Shown here: positions 58,112-64,000 of the stretch, in pieces
How positions within the stretch are numbered: position 1 is the first letter of the stretch
Layout of the letters: the number at the start of each line of letters is the position of its first letter
From: an uncultured virus (IMG/VR IMGVR_UViG_3300031857_021139)
Taxonomy: Duplodnaviria > Heunggongvirae > Uroviricota > Caudoviricetes
Direction: 5' to 3' (one strand)
DNA length: 64,000 bases
IMG/VR virus record: IMGVR_UViG_3300031857_021139
Made by a program: the position numbers and the translations under genes
Notes under the pieces: model-generated
What the model was told of the DNA's origin: nothing
Database searches by the model: none
Seen by the model: only the letters and a program-made list of their open reading frames with translations

Positions 58112-58461
58112 ATCGGAGATTTGGGTGCAGAACCGTTGTTGGAGGATTCTTTGAGCGTCAACCACTTGTTGAGCAAGGCGTTGCCCGTCCATGCGGCCAT
58201 GTATCCCGCGAAATACCATTCTGAGAATCTTTGGTCCACGATAAGGTAGACAAACCCCCAGGTAGATACCACGAACGTGGTAAAGCGCATGAATTTGGCT
58301 TCGTTAATTCGGCCATCTTTGCATACCAGGTCTTTGAGATCTATCTGGTTGTTTTTGTCTCGTTGGATGTTCCAAAATATCAACACAGCGATTATGACCA
58401 CTATGGCCAGGATCACGTTCATGCCATGGCTGACTTGCATGGTGGTCAACATCTCTTTCAT
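58108..58461 (-). CDS. Small multi-TM protein, holin candidate
   Basis: 2-3 TM helices directly downstream of the spanins. Confidence 0.5.
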   Translation of the reverse strand: MKEMLTTMQVSHGMNVILAIVVIIAVLIFWNIQRDKNNQIDLKDLVCKDGRINEAKFMRFTTFVVSTWGFVYLIVDQRFSEWYFAGYMAAWTGNALLNKWLTLKESSNNGSAPKSPI

Positions 58462-58835
58462 TTCTTTTCAGCCTCGGATTTCCGGGGTTCATAGTACTCG
58501 CGGTACTTGACAATGATTTCTCTCTGCTGAGCCACAAACGCACGTATTTCGGCCATGTCTACTGACAGTTCTTCGTAGCCATCATCGGTCAAGGCAAACA
58601 GCACGAGATCCATGTTTTTGGCCTTGAGGTCAGCAAAAACCTTGGCTTGATTTTCTGGAGTCACGACAAACCATTGTGGTGCCGTGGGTTTGAGTGGTTT
58701 AGGATCGGCGATGTTCAACGGTGTGCGTTCCTGGGCCCGCTTGCGTATCTCGATGGGCGATACTGAATCCCAACCAAACATGGCACAACCTTGTAGCATG
58801 ACAGCGGCAACAATGACAGTGATAAAAGTTTTCAT
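58458..58835 (-). CDS. o-spanin-like lipoprotein
   Basis: Lipobox LQGC and a Pro-rich segment; follows the i-spanin. Confidence 0.7.
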   Translation of the reverse strand: MKTFITVIVAAVMLQGCAMFGWDSVSPIEIRKRAQERTPLNIADPKPLKPTAPQWFVVTPENQAKVFADLKAKNMDLVLFALTDDGYEELSVDMAEIRAFVAQQREIIVKYREYYEPRKSEAEKK

Positions 58836-59326
58836 TGGGTTGCCTTGTAGTTGGGGTTGGCTATTGCAGGACATTCTTTGTTGATCTCTGTGGCAGTTTT
58901 GGCAGCCAGTTCTTGCTCAGTCCTCGGGGCGCCGGATGCTATCTCAAGACAGCGCATGGCGTTCTTGGTTCCACGATTGATCAAGCGTTCCACCAGGTCA
59001 GGTTTTTCCTTGGCAAAATTTCCAAAGTCTCGAGGTTGTCCTCGTGCATCTTGGCTGAACTTGCGACTCAAGGCATCTACCTCGGCCTTGTGTTTGCCCG
59101 CGATGTCACTGAGGTCGCGATTTATCTGTTGTATGGCTGCGATGTCTTCTGTCATCTGTTTCATCAAGGCCTGCTGTTCTTGTATACCATCCTGCAGTTT
59201 CTTGTTATTGTTCTCAGATATGGCCAAGTCAGCCTTGAGATTGATCAAATAATAACCGCCCACGGCCAACAGGATTACCACAACCAACACGACCACGGCC
59301 TTGATTGCGCCACCTATACCAAACAT
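58832..59326 (-). CDS. i-spanin-like protein
   Basis: N-terminal TM, periplasmic coiled coil and C-terminal Cys residues. Confidence 0.7.
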   Translation of the reverse strand: MFGIGGAIKAVVVLVVVILLAVGGYYLINLKADLAISENNNKKLQDGIQEQQALMKQMTEDIAAIQQINRDLSDIAGKHKAEVDALSRKFSQDARGQPRDFGNFAKEKPDLVERLINRGTKNAMRCLEIASGAPRTEQELAAKTATEINKECPAIANPNYKATQ

Positions 59327-59790
59327 CAGGCAATCAATCCTTGTTTGTAAACAGTCTTACCGTTTTCACGCATGGCTGTCATGGCCTGGCGCTTGAGATT
59401 AGCGGGATCATAACTCACATGCACCCATCCTGAATCAGGGATGCCTGGTGTGTAAAATTCCAGGATCAACTGGGTGAACTGGAAGTATTCGGCGATATAC
59501 TTGGCCAAGTCGGCGTTGGGCACGCCGGGGATCTCAATGTCTGCTGCCTGTCCTTTGCAGTGATCACTGGTACGGCTGCCGCCCACAGCGGCATTGACAT
59601 CTGGTGCGCGATATCCAGAATTGACCTTGATACCACGACCATAGGCCGTGCGCAGAGGTTGGAGTATTTGTTCGCATAATATGCGTAGATTATCAATCAC
59701 ATCTTCCGGCGGGGTGTTGTCAAGACCGTGACGCAGTGCTGTCTCTGACTTGATCATTTCGTTGAGGCTGAAATTTTCGGTTAGTTGCAT
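59326..59790 (-). CDS. Endolysin, peptidase M15 family
   Basis: SGYR..VNAAVGG..SDHCKGQAAD...WVHVS; start MQLTENFSL with GGAG SD. Confidence 0.85.
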   Translation of the reverse strand: MQLTENFSLNEMIKSETALRHGLDNTPPEDVIDNLRILCEQILQPLRTAYGRGIKVNSGYRAPDVNAAVGGSRTSDHCKGQAADIEIPGVPNADLAKYIAEYFQFTQLILEFYTPGIPDSGWVHVSYDPANLKRQAMTAMRENGKTVYKQGLIA

Positions 59791-59808
59791 ATAAAAGCTC
59801 CTTGTGCC

Positions 59809-59827
59809 GATATTTACCTTAAATATC
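59809..59827. promoter_or_regulatory. Back-to-back TAAATA late promoters forming a palindrome
   Basis: GATATTTA-CCT-TAAATATC between divergently oriented genes. Confidence 0.65.
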
Positions 59828-59830
59828 ACG

Positions 59831-61102
59831 ATGAATGTACTGATACTCACCCCAGACGCTGTAGGCAGCACCTTGTTACAGCGATTGATAACCATATACA
59901 TGCAATTTTGTGAGTATGATCGGCCAGTGATCAATCTGCACGAACTGACCAACGGATTAGAAAAATATTTCAGTCCCGAGTTCAATCGTGAAATCGTCAG
60001 CAAAAAGAAAGTACCAAACTGGGGTTATCATCAAAGTCTACAACAAATCGTGGAAGTTTTGAGCAGTGTTGACCACTACAAAACTTCTCGCTTGGCACAT
60101 TATCATCTGGTCAATCGCCAAGATCCTTTGCAGGATCAGGTTCCATTTTACAATTACCTGAATGAAAACTTTTATATCATATCTTGCAGGCGTAAAAATG
60201 TGTTTGAACATGCGCTCAGCAGGACTCTAAGCAATGTAATCAAAAAACTCAATGTTTACTCTGGTGCAGAAAAGATTGATACTTTCTTGCCTTTATACAG
60301 AGATAAAATAGAAATAGATCAAATGAGTTTGATCAAATATCTCGATGCCTACAAACACTATGCTGACTGGGTAGATAATTTTTTCCATGTATCTTCTTAC
60401 TTTACCTACGAAGATCACTTGCCCGAGATAGAAAAGTTCATACTGTCTTTGCCGTTTTTTTCGGGGCAGACAGAAAAACTTTCTTGGGATGCAAAGTTTG
60501 GAATCAGTGTCAACGATTGGAATCGCTGTCAGCATGCTGTCAGCGATATTGGTTCATACATGATACACGGCCAGGGCAAGAACTCAGCATTGGCCTATGA
60601 GTATGACAATGGACCCAAGATTGACAACACCGTGGTAACATTTTATCAACGGCATGCACATGAGTCTTGGCCCGCTATACATAACACCACAGATTTTGCC
60701 AATCTTCCCGACTGGTACAAAAAATCAACTTATCAGATGATCGCCAAGGAAAAAATCACAAATCAATTGGTCACTGACAGAAATTTTGACAGCTACTTCG
60801 GCAATCTTCGCGCAGGGTTTGATAATGTACAACAAACTATCAAAAAGATGCAAGAGTTGGATATCATCGTATCTCCTCCTCCAATCAAGAAACAAACGTT
60901 GGAGGAGAAAAAACACATGATAAAAAATTTCAATCAATGTGTTGCCACGTTCAATGACTGGGTCAAAACCAACGCAAGATTTGGCCCAGAAATCAACGAT
61001 GATTCAATACAAAAACAAGTGCAATTTGAACAGCAATATTGGAAACTACCAGTTACCCCTCAAGTTTCTGCACCACATGATTTGCCAGCCATTGAGCAGT
61101 AA
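59831..61102 (+). CDS. Hypothetical protein with a sulfotransferase-like N-terminus; the only plus-strand gene
   Basis: ILTPDAVGSTLL, LHEL, ISCRRKNVFEHALS and FTYED resemble PAPS-binding 5'/3' motifs. Confidence 0.6.
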   Translation: MNVLILTPDAVGSTLLQRLITIYMQFCEYDRPVINLHELTNGLEKYFSPEFNREIVSKKKVPNWGYHQSLQQIVEVLSSVDHYKTSRLAHYHLVNRQDPLQDQVPFYNYLNENFYIISCRRKNVFEHALSRTLSNVIKKLNVYSGAEKIDTFLPLYRDKIEIDQMSLIKYLDAYKHYADWVDNFFHVSSYFTYEDHLPEIEKFILSLPFFSGQTEKLSWDAKFGISVNDWNRCQHAVSDIGSYMIHGQGKNSALAYEYDNGPKIDNTVVTFYQRHAHESWPAIHNTTDFANLPDWYKKSTYQMIAKEKITNQLVTDRNFDSYFGNLRAGFDNVQQTIKKMQELDIIVSPPPIKKQTLEEKKHMIKNFNQCVATFNDWVKTNARFGPEINDDSIQKQVQFEQQYWKLPVTPQVSAPHDLPAIEQ

Positions 61103-61907
61103 GCAAATCAAAATGATGACCATCTCTGGCGATATCTAATCTTGGAACTTGTACACAGCATGCTTGATCCTCAAAGCACACGCTGAGTAAATCAAAGTAA
61201 TAAAACTTTTGCTTGATCTCCTCAGAGAGATATTGGGGTAATGCGGCCAATTCTTGGATTGATTTTGGAGGTCGACTGGGCCAATCTGGTCCTTTGATAT
61301 CCAGCCAACTTTGGTCAATGTTGGGCTTGAAATCAGGAATCACGTAGTGCAAGACCTGCGTAGATACGCCACGTACCTTGGACACACAGGATTGGAAGTG
61401 CTGATAATCCTCAGCATCGCTGGCCTGGGATCTATCAATGCGCCTGAGTTCATCATCTCGGATGTGATCCATGGTTTCACGGCGATGTATGTAGCTCCAC
61501 AGGATAATCATGACACTGGGTTGAATTTCGTCAATGATCTGTTGGGCACGCCTGCAGATCCAGTCATTGCTGGCGCCATCCATGCTGACGTTGATGGTTC
61601 GTTGCCCTATAGTCTGTTGCAGTAGATAAGGCCATGTGTGTGATCTAGGACTGCCCAGGCCCACTGTAAAACTATCTCCAATGCACCAAATTGCGGTCTG
61701 CAAACATGTTCGGTCTGTGGGCCAAGGTAGGTCGCGAAATCCCCGATCGTTGTAGTGATATTCTACGGCGTGAGGATATCTATCAAACCAGGCACGGTCA
61801 ACACAGTGGTCGGGCGAATCTAACCCGCTGTGGCGCCAGCATTGATTGACCCGGCTGAGGATTCTTAAATCTGGGAGAACTTGCCCGGGCGGGCAGCCGT
61901 GGATCAC
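61053..61907 (-). CDS. SGNH/GDSL-like protein
   Basis: WCIGDSFTVG, NVSMDGASN and RDGHH motifs. Confidence 0.6.
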   Translation of the reverse strand: MIHGCPPGQVLPDLRILSRVNQCWRHSGLDSPDHCVDRAWFDRYPHAVEYHYNDRGFRDLPWPTDRTCLQTAIWCIGDSFTVGLGSPRSHTWPYLLQQTIGQRTINVSMDGASNDWICRRAQQIIDEIQPSVMIILWSYIHRRETMDHIRDDELRRIDRSQASDAEDYQHFQSCVSKVRGVSTQVLHYVIPDFKPNIDQSWLDIKGPDWPSRPPKSIQELAALPQYLSEEIKQKFYYFDLLSVCFEDQACCVQVPRLDIARDGHHFDLLTAQWLANHVVQKLEG

Positions 61908-62737
61908 TCCAGACCCATCTCTCGACGTATCTTGGTGGCCGAGATCTCTGTGATGGACTCGTCAAAGGTCTCTTCACCTGAGGTATACCCCACTCCGCGG
62001 CCCCAGCCTATGTGTACAATGTTGGGTACCACTTGGATCTCGTACTGCCCTTGATAGATTGGATCAAGGTCTCTGCGGATGTAATTTTTTACTTGTTCTA
62101 TAGCAAAAGGATTTGATCCTTGCCAACCCTGTACATCCCGCACCTGTATGACTACCTGTCCTGTGCGGGCTATGAGTCTTTCAAACAAGGCTCTATGGCC
62201 GGCATGCCAAGGCTGCCATCGTCCCAACATCTGCACAGTTTCCTTGCGCCAGTCAAACACGGGTCTCCGTCGATCTTCCAAGATGTGCTGACCAATGAAT
62301 TCGGCCCATTTCTCCGCGTTCTGTTCTGTCACCCGGAAATCGTAAACGTCCGGTGGTGTAAACATGCGGTTGGTATCTTCATAGCGACCTGCGTCAATGG
62401 TATCCATCCATATGGTCCAGTCGGCTTTGTAATTGTAGCGCATCTCGGGCAAAGGCGCCACGAAATCTACAATCACAAAATCCGCTTGCGACTTGTCTGC
62501 GAGTTCTCGCATCCTATGGCTTTGCCGGATACGACCTTCCTGGCTGAAATCCCAATCGTTGAACTTCTTTCTAACATCATCGGCATTGTACCATTGCACA
62601 GTGGCATAACTCTGGTGGGCCATCTCTTTTTCATCATGGAACATGCCACTGTTTGTTTCGAGATATTGTTTCAATGCAGTGGCCATGAAAGTCTTGCCTG
62701 CGCCTGGCAAACCCATGATCAATATTCTTTTAGACAT
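61904..62737 (-). CDS. Adenylyl-sulfate kinase-like domain fused to a HIGH nucleotidyltransferase
   Basis: GLPGAGKT, NADDVR, DFSQEGRIRQ, then GRWQPWHAGH and ISATKIR. Confidence 0.75.
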   Translation of the reverse strand: MSKRILIMGLPGAGKTFMATALKQYLETNSGMFHDEKEMAHQSYATVQWYNADDVRKKFNDWDFSQEGRIRQSHRMRELADKSQADFVIVDFVAPLPEMRYNYKADWTIWMDTIDAGRYEDTNRMFTPPDVYDFRVTEQNAEKWAEFIGQHILEDRRRPVFDWRKETVQMLGRWQPWHAGHRALFERLIARTGQVVIQVRDVQGWQGSNPFAIEQVKNYIRRDLDPIYQGQYEIQVVPNIVHIGWGRGVGYTSGEETFDESITEISATKIRREMGLE

Positions 62738-62738
62738 T

Positions 62739-63416
62739 TTATACTCCTGTGAGGTTGTGAAAAAAATCGCTTTGATTAGCGATGATGTGTTTGGCTGCGG
62801 CTTCATGTGCCTGTTCCAAAGGATGCTCGGTATCGCTGATTGCGTAATCATGATCTCTGCTCCATTCTACAAAGTTGCGACCTTGGAAGTTGCGTAGATA
62901 ATGCTTGGCATGTTGTTGTAACAATGAGATGGCCGGACTACAATGATACTGCGTATCAAATATGAGATGATCCATGTAAGTCATCATGTATGGTATGTTG
63001 CGCTGTACCAAAGTATCTATGCAGGTCTTGATGACGATCAGGGCATTGAGTTTGTCACGGTAATCACCCTGCAGATGAGAAAAATAAAACTTGTTTTCTT
63101 CTGACTTTTCACCGGGCCGCAGAGTGGACCAATCTCTATCCCAGGGAGTCTGATTCATGCCGTAGTCAAATCTATCAATGTAGGTCCAGTTGATCACATA
63201 GATATCATCGCCGGGGCTAGCCGCATGGCTCAACACACGATCCGCTATGGATAGATTGCCGGCGCCGGGCCTGGCATAACAAATATAGTCTTGCTCGAAA
63301 TATCGGGCCAAATGGGCCGGCCATGTCAATTGGCTGGCTGAGGCGGAGGCGTGTCCTCGGCCGTCATCGGCTAAATCCGTGCCGAAAACGAAACTACAAC
63401 CAAAACTTTTGAGCAT
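62739..63416 (-). CDS. SGNH/GDSL-like protein
   Basis: FGCSFVFG, ARPGAGN, INWTYIDRFD and HPLEQAH motifs. Confidence 0.6.
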   Translation of the reverse strand: MLKSFGCSFVFGTDLADDGRGHASASASQLTWPAHLARYFEQDYICYARPGAGNLSIADRVLSHAASPGDDIYVINWTYIDRFDYGMNQTPWDRDWSTLRPGEKSEENKFYFSHLQGDYRDKLNALIVIKTCIDTLVQRNIPYMMTYMDHLIFDTQYHCSPAISLLQQHAKHYLRNFQGRNFVEWSRDHDYAISDTEHPLEQAHEAAAKHIIANQSDFFHNLTGV

Positions 63417-63441
63417 GTGATTTTATAAAGTAGGGGATACT

Positions 63442-63999
63442 TTATATACCGGCGGCGGCTTGTAATTGGCAAATATCTTGCTCGCGATCGTAGATCTGGC
63501 GAGGTTCCAGGCCTGCACTTTCGCGAACCTGATTTAGAGCTTTTTCTTTCTTCTCACGATAGTCTTTGGGGCTGAGAGGTACCATGCGGTCAAAGGTTTC
63601 TTGGCTCCAAGGCATGGTCTGATCATCATAGTGCATGGTCCAATCCTTGGCGTCAAATTCGGTCAACGTGCTGAGATCTTCCAAGGCTGTGTTGATCTTT
63701 TCTCCGGCTGTGCTTCTACGGCGCATCTCTAGATATACCAGATAGCGGCTGGGTCTGATTTCGCCCGGACTCTTTGCCGCATCCAAGACCCAATCATAGC
63801 CCTTTTCAAACCAGTTCACGAGATCTTTGGCAGCTGCATCACTGCGCACGAAGAATGAAATCACTATGATGTCATCGTCATCGCCCATCTTGCTGGCGAA
63901 TTCGTCAACGTGTATGGTAGGCTTGATCATGCCGACCATGTCTTTGTATTCAAGGTTCTCACACAGCGGGAGCTGCGACGGATTGTGATATCTGCTGTT
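63442..63999 (-). CDS. Hypothetical phage protein; the frame stays open to the window edge
   Basis: IHVDEFASKMGDDDDIIVISF; no stop codon upstream of 63939. Confidence 0.65.
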   Translation of the reverse strand, partial: NSRYHNPSQLPLCENLEYKDMVGMIKPTIHVDEFASKMGDDDDIIVISFFVRSDAAAKDLVNWFEKGYDWVLDAAKSPGEIRPSRYLVYLEMRRRSTAGEKINTALEDLSTLTEFDAKDWTMHYDDQTMPWSQETFDRMVPLSPKDYREKKEKALNQVRESAGLEPRQIYDREQDICQLQAAAGI

Positions 64000-64000
64000 C

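Noticed and set aside
467..59350. Many plus-strand ORFs in the six-frame track (e.g. 1757-2332, 21628-22254, 28266-28871, 36186-36749)
   Set aside because: They are antisense shadows of well-supported minus-strand genes and show no recognisable motifs.
1..64000. Stop-codon reassignment, as seen in some large phages
   Set aside because: TAA, TGA and TAG all end intact genes, and conserved enzymes are full length in the standard code.
1..64000. tRNA genes, CRISPR arrays, integrases or transposases
   Set aside because: None seen by eye and intergenic gaps are short. tRNAscan-SE and a CRISPR finder were not run.

Overview
This 64 kb window is part of a large T4-like (jumbo-type) dsDNA phage genome. 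Nearly all genes are on the minus strand and tightly packed with ATGA/TGATG overlaps, in the standard genetic code. Spanins, lipoproteins and an outer-membrane-type C-terminus imply a Gram-negative host. From left to right it contains: (1) a 7-deazaguanine DNA-modification region (queE, yhhQ, queD, folE, a second T-fold protein and a DpdA/TGT-like transglycosylase) interleaved with nucleotide-sugar enzymes, glycosyltransferases and methyltransferases, with a candidate preQ1-I-like riboswitch in front of queD; (2) a probable sliding clamp and a family B DNA polymerase; (3) a radical SAM/amidinotransferase cassette; (4) a roughly 25 kb late region rich in proteins starting with MRAxEFIxE, which resembles the T4 capsid-targeting sequence. 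Many of these are modular polyproteins whose GNAT, kinase-like, ART-like, nucleotidyltransferase, metallopeptidase, amidoligase, HAD and ParB-like domains are separated by Glu-ending linkers; (5) clpA-def-dnaJ, spanins and an endolysin; (6) a possible sulfation module. A TAAATA late-promoter motif often lies only 4-5 nt before start codons, which suggests leaderless mRNAs. All calls come from reading motifs by eye; no database searches or folding programs were run.
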